IMG/VR virus record: IMGVR_UViG_3300050509_000576 | From: an uncultured virus (IMG/VR IMGVR_UViG_3300050509_000576) | Taxonomy: Duplodnaviria; Heunggongvirae; Uroviricota; Caudoviricetes | Strand: one strand, 5' to 3' | Length of the DNA: 64,000 nucleotides | Shown here: positions 27,744 to 38,451 of the stretch, piece after piece | How positions within the stretch are numbered: position 1 is the first letter of the stretch | Layout: each line of letters opens with the position of its first letter | Made by a program: the position numbers and the translations under genes | Notes under the pieces: generated by a model | The model's input: only the letters and a program-made list of their open reading frames with translations | Told to the model about the DNA's origin: nothing | Databases searched by the model: none

Positions 27744-28250
27744 ATGCCACGCATTCTCTCAGCGGCGCTTCTGCGGGAAAAGAACCAGCTGCAATCGGAT
27801 CATGTCATTACGTGGCTCTTTCAAGTCGATATATTAGGCGCCCCAGTACCCTATCGACTGGTGAATTATGACCAGGACATTCAGTTTCATGGGATTTGGT
27901 ATAACCGCTATAGCGTGGACGTGGACGCGCTCGAAGACGCCACGAGTCAATCCCTGGTGCGGCTGCGGGCGACGGTGGGCAACGTGGATCAGGCGTTCAT
28001 CTCATTACTGGAGCACTATTGGGGGCCGGATGCTCCCTGGGTCGTGACCATCTGGCCGATTGATACGCAGCAGCCCGACGCGACGCCCTTTGGTACGGGC
28101 GAAGTGTTTCAGGTGGTGCAGGTGGCGACGGACTTTCTCACGGCGGTGGTGGATTTGCAGGCGGAGGGCATTACGCTCACGGGCACGATCCCGAAGCGAC
28201 GGTTCACTCAGTCCGGGGGCTTTCCAAACATACCTAGAAGGCTTAACTAG
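27744..28250 (+). CDS. Minor tail protein (lambda L-like)
   Basis: EKN.L, RLV..DQDI.F.G..Y, GGFP.IP. Confidence 0.7.
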   Translation: MPRILSAALLREKNQLQSDHVITWLFQVDILGAPVPYRLVNYDQDIQFHGIWYNRYSVDVDALEDATSQSLVRLRATVGNVDQAFISLLEHYWGPDAPWVVTIWPIDTQQPDATPFGTGEVFQVVQVATDFLTAVVDLQAEGITLTGTIPKRRFTQSGGFPNIPRRLN

Positions 28251-28260
28251 TAAAGTTCTA

Positions 28261-28956
28261 TTATATATGATTCCATGTCTTCCGATGAATGATGCACTGA
28301 ATAGCAAATTTCGAGACGCCATAATATTCGCCAAGATCGTGCATCGTGATAAAGCCCTCCGCATAGCAGGCACGAATGTCCAGCACCTGTTGCGCGGTCA
28401 GCTTGGCTTTGTGGTGCTGTTCGCCGCGTGGAAACGCTTCAGGCTTCGTATGGATACCCGTCGCCTTGCCGCGTGCCTGGCGTCCTTTGTTCACGGCATC
28501 TTGGCGGTTGCTTTGCCACGTACCTGGCCAGAGGTGCAGCGGGTTGCAGCAGCTAGGGGTATCGCAATGGTGAGCAATCAGCAAGCCTGGCAGCAATGGT
28601 CGAGCATTCCAAAGTTCATATATCACATGGGTTGCTCTCAGCGTCAGATGTTTGCCGTGAAAGGTCAGCGTAAATTTGCCATACCCATCTTGATCCGTAC
28701 TTTTCAGCCATGGCCAGCAGCAATACACACAGTCCTCGCCATGGCCGCATTGCTGAATCGCGCTCCACAAGCGTTCCAGAAACGGCAACCTGGGCGGGAC
28801 GCCGTGTGCATGCCGATGGGCATTGACGAGTCTATTCCAGCAGGTACGGCAATAACTATTCTTGCCGTCGCCGCGTTGCGTATTGGTACCAAAGTCTTCC
28901 AAGGATTTGACCAGATGACAGCGGGAACACGGTTTCTCAGTGCGGTGGCGTTTCAT
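28261..28956 (-). CDS. HNH homing endonuclease
   Basis: CW.W..GYG, HHCDTPSCCNP.HL..GT...N..D, AKLT..QV..IR HTH. Confidence 0.9.
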   Translation of the reverse strand: MKRHRTEKPCSRCHLVKSLEDFGTNTQRGDGKNSYCRTCWNRLVNAHRHAHGVPPRLPFLERLWSAIQQCGHGEDCVYCCWPWLKSTDQDGYGKFTLTFHGKHLTLRATHVIYELWNARPLLPGLLIAHHCDTPSCCNPLHLWPGTWQSNRQDAVNKGRQARGKATGIHTKPEAFPRGEQHHKAKLTAQQVLDIRACYAEGFITMHDLGEYYGVSKFAIQCIIHRKTWNHI

Positions 28957-29066
28957 AACGTGACCTCCTGGATCACAGGTGCATCGTTGTGGGAAGTGGC
29001 TGGCAGGCGATGAACTCTGCCCCGGTTTCGAACCCGGTGCCACTCGACAGAAGAGTATAGCAGGTT

Positions 29067-29450
29067 ATGAACAGTATTGTTATCCCTGAGATTGAGCCCT
29101 TAGTCGAGCCCTTACTGGGCTTGTCCTATGCCGAGTGCCACTGTTGGGACCTGCTGCGTCGGCTCTATGGGCAAGGCTGGGGGATTGACTTGGACGCCGA
29201 TCCCGCTACGGCGGCCGCACAGGTGCAAGAAATCTGGTTTCAGCATGACGAGCGCGACCCGCTCAGCCTTATGCAGCCGTGGGATATCTTGATTCTGAAG
29301 ACGACGGGCATGGCCTCAAGCCATGTCGGGGTGGTCGTCAATCGTGTGCATCTCATCCATACGAGACAAAGCGTAGGCGTATGTTTAGAACCCTTGAAAC
29401 GCTGGGCGCCCCGCCTCATGCAAATGGCGCGGTTGCGGCGGCTCCTGTAG
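29067..29450 (+). CDS. NlpC/P60 tail protein (lambda K-like)
   Basis: CW.L...Y, HVGV, IHT. Confidence 0.8.
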   Translation: MNSIVIPEIEPLVEPLLGLSYAECHCWDLLRRLYGQGWGIDLDADPATAAAQVQEIWFQHDERDPLSLMQPWDILILKTTGMASSHVGVVVNRVHLIHTRQSVGVCLEPLKRWAPRLMQMARLRRLL

Positions 29451-32400
29451 CCACGGTCACCTGTCTCCTGGTGCTGTCGCCCCTGCGGGCAGCCGATGGG
29501 CGCCTGCGCGTACAGCGCGAGGTCTTTCCAGCGGGCGATACGCTCGACGCCTATCTCCCCGAGGGGGAAGCCCTGCGCCATGTCACCGTGAACGGGGCGA
29601 CGATTCTCCCCGAGCATTATGCGCGCTACGTCCCACAGGCCGGGGATGAAATCTGGCTCTGGCCGACGTGGGGGATTACGGGCGGCATTCTCGAAATCCT
29701 GGTGCCGATTCTGATTGGCCTGGCCGTCTCCGCCGCCTCCCATTTCCTCTTTCGTCCGAAGCCCCTCCTGCTCCCCCAGCAAAATCAGATGAGCGGGGAG
29801 TCCGAACGGACCTTCTCCTTTGAGGGCATTCGCACGGCGATTGGCCCGGGCGCCGTGGTCCCGGTCGTCTATGGGCGCCACCGCATTGGCGGGCAACTCC
29901 TCCTCGCCACCGTCGACCAGGCTGCCGTCGTCCTGGATGATGGCACCGCGGCCCACACGGCGACGATCAGCAACGTCACGCATGGCGCGCCCTCGGACAT
30001 TGTCTATGTGACGGCGCCTGGTCACGGCTTTGTGACCGGGCAGGTGGTGTTTATCCAGGGCGTCCAGGGCAAAACGGAAGTCAATACGACCTGGGCCATC
30101 CACGTGGGCGATGCCGATACGTTCGTGCTCGATAGCTCGTGGGCCGTCGGCATCACGCATCCCTACCAGGGGGGCGGGACGGCCACGCTCTACAATCAGG
30201 GCTCGCGCACCTACCAGGCCATCACGAATCCGCCGACGCTGACGCTCATGATTGCCCTCTGTGAAGGCCCGATTGACGCGGTGCTGACCGACACCATCCA
30301 GATTAACGGGCAACCCCTGGCGAACTTTCCCGGCGTGCAGGTCTATACCGGCCTCGGCACGGCCACGCAGCCCGCCTTTGCCGAATTTGGCGGCGCCCGG
30401 AACACGTTTGCGGACGGGCGCGACATCGGCGACACCCCCCTGACCTATACCTCCAATGCCGCCCTGCATGCCTTTATTCTCAATCTCGTCTGGCCCGAAG
30501 GCCTCTATTTTCTCAACGACAAGGGCGAAAAGCACAACAACAATGCCGTGCTCCAGTATCGCTATGCGCCGGCAGGCACCGGCAGTTGGTCGGAGTGGTC
30601 CGTCTTTCAGGTCCAGGCCGACCGCACGGCCACCGTGCGCCTGGGCGTACGCCGTGAGGGGCTCCCGTATCAGTCCTACGATATTCAAATCCAGCACCTG
30701 CGGGCGGGGAATACCGATGAACTCCGGGCACGATACAAGAGTGTGCTCGAAAGTGTCACGGAGTATATCCCCGACACCTACGCCTATCCCTATACCGCCT
30801 GGCTGGGCTTACGCGCGCTGGCGACGGATGCCTTGCGGGGGGCCTTGCCCAACGTGACCGTGGAGGTACGGGGCCGTCAGGTGCGTGTGGGCTCGCTGGC
30901 CGTGCCCGAAACGTGGTCCGATAATCCCGCCTGGTGCGTCCTCGATGCCTTGACCAATGCGCGCTATGGGACGGGCGTCCCGGACGGCGATATTGACCTG
31001 ACTGCCTTTGCCCTCTACGCGGCGTACTGTGATCAGGCCATTCAGGGCGAGCGGCGCCATACGCTCAATTACGTCCTCGACCGCGAGATGCGGGCCCAGC
31101 AATTTTTCCTCGAAACCATGGGCGGCTCGCGCGGCATCCTCCTCAAAACGGCCGGGCTGTGGACGCCGCGTCCGACGCGGGATGAAACGCCGACGTGTCT
31201 GCTGTCCTGGACGTCCGTCAGTAATGTGCGCCTCACCTATATCCAGGACGTCGATGGCATCAACGTGGTGGAAGCGCGCTTTGCGAGCGAGGCGCAGGAC
31301 TTTGAGCAAGACGTTATTACGTGGCCGGCTCTAGCGCAGTGGCCGCCCGAGGTCCATAAGCATAGTTTTGACTTGCGCGGCGTGACCAAGCCGAGCCGGG
31401 TCATGCGCGCGCTCCAGTATGAACTGAATCGGCGGCGCTTTGAAAATCTCCTGCTGGAGATGGACTGCTCCCTCGAAGCCCTGCCGTTGCAACTGCATGA
31501 TCTGTTTCGGTTTGCCCATCCCTTACCGGGCTGGGGCACGTCAGGCCGGATTCAACAGGGCTCCAATGCGGCCGTCCTGGAAGTCGATGAAGACTGCCTC
31601 TTTGAGCAGGATCTCACGTATGTGGTGTACGTGCGTCACGAAGACGATACGCTCGAAGCCCGCGAGCTGCTTACGATGACCCTGGGGCCGACGCGTACGC
31701 TGTATCTCGCGTCGCAACTCAGTTTCTTTCCCGTCCCGCGCACGTCGACGTTTGTCTTTGGGACGCTCACGACCAATGCCAATACGCGCACCTTTCGCGT
31801 CACGGGCCTGCGCCGTAAAAACGATCTGACGGTCAGTGTCGAGGCCCTCATTCACAACCCGAGCATCTATGATGAGGCGGTCGCCTCGCCGCTGGGCGTC
31901 ATTACGACGCTGTTTAACCCCGAAGGTCCGCCGCCGCCGCTCCTGAGTCTCGTGGCGACGGAAGTCACGCGGATTCAGACGAGCGGCGCGAGCCTGCGCG
32001 TCATCAATTTGTCGTGGGACGTGGCCCCCCTCAGTAGTGGGTATGCGCTGTATGGGGGCGCCATGATCTTGCGCCGCGTGCTGCTCGCGACGGGGCAACT
32101 CGGCCAGGTCGAGGCCGGGACGATTGGGGCTGGGGCCATTAGTGACCCCAATGACCCCAACTATAACTATACGCCGGTCACGCAGGTGCGCGGGCATGTG
32201 CTCGATTGGGATGACTACACCGCCATCAGTGGCTCGACGTATCAGTACCGCGTCGTCCCCATCTCGCACCTGGGCGTGCCGAACAACATTGGCGCGCGGG
32301 AGGTGGTGATTCATGTCGCCGGCCCTACGACGCCGGGGTACTTCCCGGGGACGCCGCGCAACCTCCGCCTCCAGGGGCAGGCCGTCGGGGTGACGAGCTG

Positions 32401-34666
32401 GGAAGGCCGCGACCTGCATGTGGAGTGGGATACCGTGGCGGAGAGTCCGCTGTTTAGCGAGACGTTCTTTGTCGCCTTCTACATCGTCCAGGTCTGGGCG
32501 CCGGGACAACTCTATCTGTTGCGGGCCTATAACGCGCCCCTGGCCCCCGCCGGCCAAAGCGTCCAGTGGACGTATACGCACCAGCAAAATGAAGAAGACC
32601 AGATTCGCAGCGGCTACGCCGGCGCGCGCCGGGAGTTACAGGTGATGGTCTGGGCGGTCACCAATACGGGGCTGCTCTCGCTGGACCCTGCCGTCATCGT
32701 CGTGAGTAATGCGGCCCCCGATATGGGGAACATTCTGCCGGAAACGCTCGCGCTGTTTGAGGCGGCCCGCGTCGACTGGAAACAATGGGTGCGGCCGCGG
32801 GATTTCGATCATTTTGTCGTCCTGCTCGATGGGGGCAATCCGCCGACCATTCCCAATCAGACGCTCGGCATCGATTTCCAGGTGCTGCTCATTCCCGATC
32901 TGCTCGCGGGCGTGACGTATTATGTCCAGATTATCCCCTATGACTCCTTTGGCCCCGGCATTCCCAGTCAAATCGCCTCGTTTACGCCGGTGGCCCTCAC
33001 GGCGGACAAGCTCGACAATACGCCCCCGGCCGTCCCGACCGGCTTCCGCCTCACCACCGGGACCGATGCCAGCGCCGACGGGACCGTGATGACCTTTGTG
33101 CAGGCGCACTGGGACCCCCAGTTTGAAGAGGACCTGGCGGGCTTTCAACTCTCGTTTCGGGTGGCCTCGCCCAACATCCCGACGGTCGTGCGGCCGGGGC
33201 GCTTTGATACGACCTACAAAATGTATGTGCCCGGCAATGTCACCGTGTTTGCCAAGATCGCCTCGATTGATCGCCTGGCGAACCTCAGTGTGTATACCGA
33301 TCCCGAGATCTCCATTACGACCGGCCGCGATGGGACGCCGCCGAGCCCGGCCGCGAACCTGTATGCCGTCGGCACCGTGCAAAAGATTGCGCTCCTCTGG
33401 ACGCCGCCCGGCGATCTCGATTACGACTACTGTGAGGTCTGGACGTCCGGGCTCAACGATCGGAGTACGGCGGGCGTCATCGGCCAGGGCAGCTACAGCT
33501 TTGAACATACCGGGTTTGTCGCCAATCAACGCGCCTATTACTGGATTCGCCCCGTCGATACCTCCGGCAATGTGGGCCCGTTTCACCCGGCCTCCCCCAC
33601 GGCGGGGGTGACGGCGGTCGCCGGGCAACTCGATGACACCTTCATTAGCTCGCTCGTGGCCACGAAAATCCTCACCGGGAAACTGACCGCGCTCGTGAGT
33701 ATTGGGGTGGCCGACCGCGTCTATATTGATGGCACGAATAGTTTGATGGTCATCCGGGATCAGTATCTCGGCAATAACCGCGTGCTGCTCGGCAAGTTGG
33801 GGCCGTTGTCCGATCAGTACGGCATTCAGATTTTTAATAATATCGGCGGCCTGATGTTTGATGCCAATGCGGAAGGCGTGACGGCGGCGGGGATTAAAAC
33901 CGGCGTCATTAATGCCGGCCATCTACGCACCGATACCGCCGTCATTACGGGGGTCGCCCAAATTCAAGACGCGCTGATTCGCGATGCGCACATTCTGGAC
34001 CTCGCTGCCGATAAGATTATCGCGGGGACGATTAATGCGCAGATCTACCTCGGGGGGCCGCTGGCGGGCGCGATCGCGCCGATTACGCTCGACGGCGTGA
34101 ATCGCCAGATCATTATCCGCGATGACAATGGCACGATTCGGGTCTGGATCGGCCGGATTGCGGCCGGGCCGACGGATTATAGCATCCTGATCTATAAGGC
34201 CGATGGCTCGCTCATGTGGAGTCCGGACACGGGGGCGCAAACGGCGGGCATTGCGCCCGCCGCCGTCATTACCAACACCATCCAGGACAATGCCGTCACC
34301 AACAGTGTGTCCTATAACGACATTGTAGGGTTGAGCGTGACGGTGAGTGAAACGGCACTCGCGTCGCTGGTCTTTGCGCTGAACGCGGGCGATCAGGTCT
34401 GGATGACGCTCACCGCCACCGTGAGCGTGGCCACGAGTAGCGATGCCTGTTATTTACGGATCCGCGAGGATAGTGTGGCGGGTGGGGAGTTGACCTATGG
34501 GCAGATGATTGGCAGTTTTCGCTCGACGATGGTCGTGCAAGCGGTCTATACCGCCCCGAGTAATTTCTCGGCGAAAGCGTTTGTGGCCACGTTCATGAAC
34601 GGCACGGGGACGAATGCGATTGGCGCGGATCATATCAAAATGGTCGGCTTGCGGAGGCAGCGCTGA
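29381..34666 (+). CDS. Tail tip / host specificity protein (lambda I+J-like fusion); start uncertain
   Basis: VPVVYG.HRIGG, LCEGPI, YPYTA..GL, WSDNPAWC..D.LTN.RYG, fibronectin-III-like repeats. Confidence 0.9.
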   Translation: MFRTLETLGAPPHANGAVAAAPVATVTCLLVLSPLRAADGRLRVQREVFPAGDTLDAYLPEGEALRHVTVNGATILPEHYARYVPQAGDEIWLWPTWGITGGILEILVPILIGLAVSAASHFLFRPKPLLLPQQNQMSGESERTFSFEGIRTAIGPGAVVPVVYGRHRIGGQLLLATVDQAAVVLDDGTAAHTATISNVTHGAPSDIVYVTAPGHGFVTGQVVFIQGVQGKTEVNTTWAIHVGDADTFVLDSSWAVGITHPYQGGGTATLYNQGSRTYQAITNPPTLTLMIALCEGPIDAVLTDTIQINGQPLANFPGVQVYTGLGTATQPAFAEFGGARNTFADGRDIGDTPLTYTSNAALHAFILNLVWPEGLYFLNDKGEKHNNNAVLQYRYAPAGTGSWSEWSVFQVQADRTATVRLGVRREGLPYQSYDIQIQHLRAGNTDELRARYKSVLESVTEYIPDTYAYPYTAWLGLRALATDALRGALPNVTVEVRGRQVRVGSLAVPETWSDNPAWCVLDALTNARYGTGVPDGDIDLTAFALYAAYCDQAIQGERRHTLNYVLDREMRAQQFFLETMGGSRGILLKTAGLWTPRPTRDETPTCLLSWTSVSNVRLTYIQDVDGINVVEARFASEAQDFEQDVITWPALAQWPPEVHKHSFDLRGVTKPSRVMRALQYELNRRRFENLLLEMDCSLEALPLQLHDLFRFAHPLPGWGTSGRIQQGSNAAVLEVDEDCLFEQDLTYVVYVRHEDDTLEARELLTMTLGPTRTLYLASQLSFFPVPRTSTFVFGTLTTNANTRTFRVTGLRRKNDLTVSVEALIHNPSIYDEAVASPLGVITTLFNPEGPPPPLLSLVATEVTRIQTSGASLRVINLSWDVAPLSSGYALYGGAMILRRVLLATGQLGQVEAGTIGAGAISDPNDPNYNYTPVTQVRGHVLDWDDYTAISGSTYQYRVVPISHLGVPNNIGAREVVIHVAGPTTPGYFPGTPRNLRLQGQAVGVTSWEGRDLHVEWDTVAESPLFSETFFVAFYIVQVWAPGQLYLLRAYNAPLAPAGQSVQWTYTHQQNEEDQIRSGYAGARRELQVMVWAVTNTGLLSLDPAVIVVSNAAPDMGNILPETLALFEAARVDWKQWVRPRDFDHFVVLLDGGNPPTIPNQTLGIDFQVLLIPDLLAGVTYYVQIIPYDSFGPGIPSQIASFTPVALTADKLDNTPPAVPTGFRLTTGTDASADGTVMTFVQAHWDPQFEEDLAGFQLSFRVASPNIPTVVRPGRFDTTYKMYVPGNVTVFAKIASIDRLANLSVYTDPEISITTGRDGTPPSPAANLYAVGTVQKIALLWTPPGDLDYDYCEVWTSGLNDRSTAGVIGQGSYSFEHTGFVANQRAYYWIRPVDTSGNVGPFHPASPTAGVTAVAGQLDDTFISSLVATKILTGKLTALVSIGVADRVYIDGTNSLMVIRDQYLGNNRVLLGKLGPLSDQYGIQIFNNIGGLMFDANAEGVTAAGIKTGVINAGHLRTDTAVITGVAQIQDALIRDAHILDLAADKIIAGTINAQIYLGGPLAGAIAPITLDGVNRQIIIRDDNGTIRVWIGRIAAGPTDYSILIYKADGSLMWSPDTGAQTAGIAPAAVITNTIQDNAVTNSVSYNDIVGLSVTVSETALASLVFALNAGDQVWMTLTATVSVATSSDACYLRIREDSVAGGELTYGQMIGSFRSTMVVQAVYTAPSNFSAKAFVATFMNGTGTNAIGADHIKMVGLRRQR

Positions 34667-34992
34667 TGGCCTATCTGCTCAAATACCGCACGGACGATGG
34701 CAGCATTGTCGGGATCTGGGAAAGTACGACGCGGGCCTTTGTCGAGGCCCAGCGCGGCCTGGACGAGCCTGGCATCGGGTATCTGGTCCGTGACGAGACG
34801 CCGCCCCCGCGCATGCAGGAGCAGTGGCGCGTGCTCGGGGACCAGGTGGTGCAGGACGTCCGCCCGCGCCCCATGCAGCCGCAGGGACTCCCCCTCGCCG
34901 GCGCCGGGGTGACGCTCGACACCCTGGTCGCGCAGGTCGCGGCCCTGACGGGACGGGTGGAGGCACTCGAAGCCGCGAAAGGACAGGTCTAA
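34666..34992 (+). CDS. Hypothetical tail-associated protein
   Basis: TGATG coupling. Confidence 0.6.
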   Translation: MAYLLKYRTDDGSIVGIWESTTRAFVEAQRGLDEPGIGYLVRDETPPPRMQEQWRVLGDQVVQDVRPRPMQPQGLPLAGAGVTLDTLVAQVAALTGRVEALEAAKGQV

Positions 34993-34993
34993 C

Positions 34994-36487
34994 ATGGCCC
35001 AGCTTGGGGCGGGGATCGGAACGGGCTACCCAGGCGTCATCGACACGCGCCAGACGTTTATCAATGCGGGACCCATAGCCCCTGATAGTGCCAGCCGACT
35101 TGATTCTGAAGTGATTAACGATAGCCTCGCGGCTACGGTGGCGGTGCAGACGACCTTGGGCACGAATCCACAAGGCACGTTTGGCTCCGTGGCGGCTCGG
35201 CTCCAGCAGTTCCTACCGGGCGGCGGCGAGAGTCCCCTCTTTTTCACCTTCAATGCCACCACCAGCGTCACCATTGCCGGGACCACGCATCGCCTCGGCA
35301 CGGCCGCGCCCCTCTTCCAGGCGTACAATGCCGAAACGCCGCGCCAGGTCATTCAGCCCAATACGGTGGCGATTAATACGCTCACCTATGATGCGACCTT
35401 TACGTTTCTAACGCCGCAAACGGGGATCATCAGTCTAGCGGCCCCGAGCCCCCAATATACGGTGTCGTTTACCAATCAGACGACCGTCAGCATTCTCGGC
35501 AGCACCCACGCCCTCGGGACCGCCGATCTGCTGGTGCGCGTCTATACCGTAAGCGGAAGCCAGAATATCCTGACGCAGGTGCCCGTCAGTATTGCGCCGG
35601 CAACGGCAGACGTCACCGTGACGTTTGTCACGCCCGCGAGTGGGACGATCATTGTCAGTGCGGCCGGGCCGCGCTTTGTCGCTACCTTTACCAGCGCCAC
35701 GACGGTGACCGTTCCCGGGGCCACGCATGGGCTCGGGACGGCGGCGCTGCTCTTTGCCGTGTATGACAATGCGAGCCCACGCCAAAGCCTGCTCCCCAAC
35801 AGCATTACGGTTGATCCCAATAGCTTTGACGTCGTGATGACGTTTGTCACCCCGACGAGTGGACGACTCCTCATTGTCAAAGCCACCGCGATTACCGGCA
35901 CCGACTTTGAGATCCGGGACGCGGGGGTGACCAATGCGTCCGCCGTACGCGTGTTGAGTGACGAGGGCGCCCTGCTCCTCCAGATGGGCAGCGGGGAGGT
36001 GGTCGAAACCCTGAGTAAAACAGGCAGTGTGGTGCAGCGTGTCGATAACAGCGGCAATCTGACGATTACCGGCACGGCGACCAAGCCCGGCGGCGGCAGT
36101 TGGCTCAGTCCGTCGGACGAGCGCCTGAAAAAGGACATCGAGCCGTTTGTCGAGGGGCTCGACGTGCTCCTGGCGCTCGATCCGATCTGGTTTCGCTACA
36201 ACGGCCAGGGCGGGATTCCGATCACGCGGCAGCGCCATATCGGCTTGCGGGCACAAGCGGTCCAGGCCGTCGCGCCCTATATGGTCACGAGTCGCCGGGG
36301 GGTCTTGACGCCGAACAGTGCGGAGACCGACCTCCTGGCCCTGGATACGGAGGCCCTGCCGTATCTGCTGCTCAATGCACTGAAAACGGTGTCGCAGCTC
36401 CTGGAGACGGCACGCCAGGACAAGGAGGCGCTGACGGCGCGCGTGACGGCGCTGGAAGCCCTCGCAGCCCAAGGAGGGACGGCATGA
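34994..36487 (+). CDS. Tail fibre with C-terminal S74 intramolecular chaperone
   Basis: SDERLKKDI, L.P..F.Y, G..AQ.V..V.P, terminal coiled coil; three H.LGT repeats. Confidence 0.85.
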   Translation: MAQLGAGIGTGYPGVIDTRQTFINAGPIAPDSASRLDSEVINDSLAATVAVQTTLGTNPQGTFGSVAARLQQFLPGGGESPLFFTFNATTSVTIAGTTHRLGTAAPLFQAYNAETPRQVIQPNTVAINTLTYDATFTFLTPQTGIISLAAPSPQYTVSFTNQTTVSILGSTHALGTADLLVRVYTVSGSQNILTQVPVSIAPATADVTVTFVTPASGTIIVSAAGPRFVATFTSATTVTVPGATHGLGTAALLFAVYDNASPRQSLLPNSITVDPNSFDVVMTFVTPTSGRLLIVKATAITGTDFEIRDAGVTNASAVRVLSDEGALLLQMGSGEVVETLSKTGSVVQRVDNSGNLTITGTATKPGGGSWLSPSDERLKKDIEPFVEGLDVLLALDPIWFRYNGQGGIPITRQRHIGLRAQAVQAVAPYMVTSRRGVLTPNSAETDLLALDTEALPYLLLNALKTVSQLLETARQDKEALTARVTALEALAAQGGTA

Positions 36488-36960
36488 GAAACGCGATAGG
36501 CCTGGCACTGGCGCTCCTGGGCCTCTGGAGTGTGCCGGTGTGGGCCCAAGGCCAGTTTTTTAACTCCAACCTGACGGTCGCGGGCACGATCAATGCCGGG
36601 ACGGCAACGGGGAGCGGCAATGCGTTTGTGTTGACGCTCAACCCGCCGATCGCGGCCTATGTGACGAATCAGTGCTTTATGTTCGCCGCGAATCATACCG
36701 TGACGGGCGCCGCGACGCTCAATATCAATGGGCGGGGCGTCAAAGCGCTGCGGAAGTTTGTCTCGACGGTGTCGACTGACTTAGCGGCCAATGACATTGC
36801 CAATGGGCAGATTATTACGGTGTGCTACGATGGTACGAACATGCAGCTGACCGGCGGGGGACCCGGGGGCAGTGGCGGCGGGGGCGGGGGCGGGAGTATT
36901 CCCGCCTTTGTGACGGCCACCGCGGCCCTCAGTGCTCATGCCCATGCGGGAGGGCTCTAG
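36484..36960 (+). CDS. Signal-peptide protein with a tail-fibre-like domain
   Basis: MRNAIGLALALLGLWSVPVWA; TGAATLNING.G.K..YDGT. Confidence 0.65.
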   Translation: MRNAIGLALALLGLWSVPVWAQGQFFNSNLTVAGTINAGTATGSGNAFVLTLNPPIAAYVTNQCFMFAANHTVTGAATLNINGRGVKALRKFVSTVSTDLAANDIANGQIITVCYDGTNMQLTGGGPGGSGGGGGGGSIPAFVTATAALSAHAHAGGL

Positions 36961-36961
36961 G

Positions 36962-37465
36962 ATGCGCGGACGACGACTGATGGCTTGCCTGGCCCTGCTC
37001 GGGGCCTGCCTCGTGGGGCAGAGTGAGGCCGCCGTAACCCCCAATAGTCCGGTGTTTATGCAGACGCCCACGGTGGGCAAGGTGCAGTTTCTCCAAGGGA
37101 CGGACTCGGCGGGCACCTATAAAACGCTCTATACCGCCGTGACCCCGGGCAACGGCGCCCGCTGTAATGCCCTGTGGCTGACTACGGATGACGGGACGGC
37201 GACCCATCTCGTGACCGTACAGGTCGTGGCGGGCGGGATACGCTTTGGCGGCGTGGCAGCCCTGACTACCTTCAGCCAGGGCTTTGCCAATGGGGTGCCG
37301 GCGCTCAACTTGTTCGCGCCGGCGCTCTGGCCGGGCTTGCCGCTCGATAGTGACGGGAATCCCTATCTGCAACTGGCGCCAGGCGATACGCTGCAGGCGA
37401 CCTATGCCACCGCCCTTACGTCCGCGACGCGGATTAATTTGATGATAAGCTGCGGTGAGTTCTGA
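36962..37465 (+). CDS. Signal-peptide hypothetical protein
   Basis: Hydrophobic N-terminus ending SEA. Confidence 0.6.
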   Translation: MRGRRLMACLALLGACLVGQSEAAVTPNSPVFMQTPTVGKVQFLQGTDSAGTYKTLYTAVTPGNGARCNALWLTTDDGTATHLVTVQVVAGGIRFGGVAALTTFSQGFANGVPALNLFAPALWPGLPLDSDGNPYLQLAPGDTLQATYATALTSATRINLMISCGEF

Positions 37466-37493
37466 CAGGTTGTCTTGCACTATGGGAGTGTTC

Positions 37494-38441
37494 ATGTTAC
37501 GACGCGGCGTGCTCTGTCTGCTCCTCCTACTCACCAGCGGTTTGTACGTCCTGAGTGAGGCCCAACAACTCGGCGGGCGCATGCACCAGAGCAACATGCG
37601 CCTCAACAAATTGCGTGCCGGCACGCTCGGCAACTGCGGCACCAATAATTTTGTGAGCGGCTTTCGCCCCGATGGGACCGCGATTTGTGCCACGCTCTCC
37701 CTCGCCACGCTGACCGATGGCAGTGACGTCGTCAAGCTCACGGCCGTCCAACGCGTACGGAATAAGCAAAACGTTGCCCGCGTCGTGGCGCAGACCATTG
37801 TGTCCGGCCCGCCCAACAATATCACGCCAGACGTGGACACGACGGATATTGCCACCCTCGATGCGATCCCGGCTGACCTCACGATCAATGCCCCCGTCGG
37901 GACGGGCGGCAATCCTGAACCGGAGCAGGAGCTGGAATTTCGCTTCCTGTGTGCGACGTCGCGGGCACTGACGTGGCATGTCATTTATACGAACGAAAAC
38001 GGGATTCCGCTCCCGACCGCCTGTCTCGGCAACGGATTCTATAACCGCATCAAGTATCGGTTTAACGCTGTATCGGCCAAATGGGGGCTCATTGCGACGA
38101 CCGTGGGGGTCGGGCGCGGCCTGACGACGCTGGCAAGCAATGCTACCTACACGTGCAATCCCGCCCTGGCGGAGAGCTGTGAGATGCAAAACACGCTGAC
38201 GGCCGGCACGGGCGTCACCCTGGCGATTACGGCCGGGACGTACGCCAACGGCACGAAGGTACTGCTGCGTATTCGGTGTACCGGGACGCAGGCCCTCACG
38301 CTGCCCACGGGCACGTTTCTCGGCTCGACCACCGTACCGCTCACGGGCCTGAGCTGTTCGTCCAATAGCTACTGGACGCAACTCGGGTTCATTTACTCCG
38401 GGGTCGATACCCGATGGCAATTGTATGCCTTTGCGAACTAA
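37494..38441 (+). CDS. Signal-peptide protein with duplicated fibre-tip-like domain
   Basis: Signal ..SEA; two copies ending F.Y......W.L. Confidence 0.6.
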   Translation: MLRRGVLCLLLLLTSGLYVLSEAQQLGGRMHQSNMRLNKLRAGTLGNCGTNNFVSGFRPDGTAICATLSLATLTDGSDVVKLTAVQRVRNKQNVARVVAQTIVSGPPNNITPDVDTTDIATLDAIPADLTINAPVGTGGNPEPEQELEFRFLCATSRALTWHVIYTNENGIPLPTACLGNGFYNRIKYRFNAVSAKWGLIATTVGVGRGLTTLASNATYTCNPALAESCEMQNTLTAGTGVTLAITAGTYANGTKVLLRIRCTGTQALTLPTGTFLGSTTVPLTGLSCSSNSYWTQLGFIYSGVDTRWQLYAFAN

Positions 38442-38451
38442 GGGAGCGACC

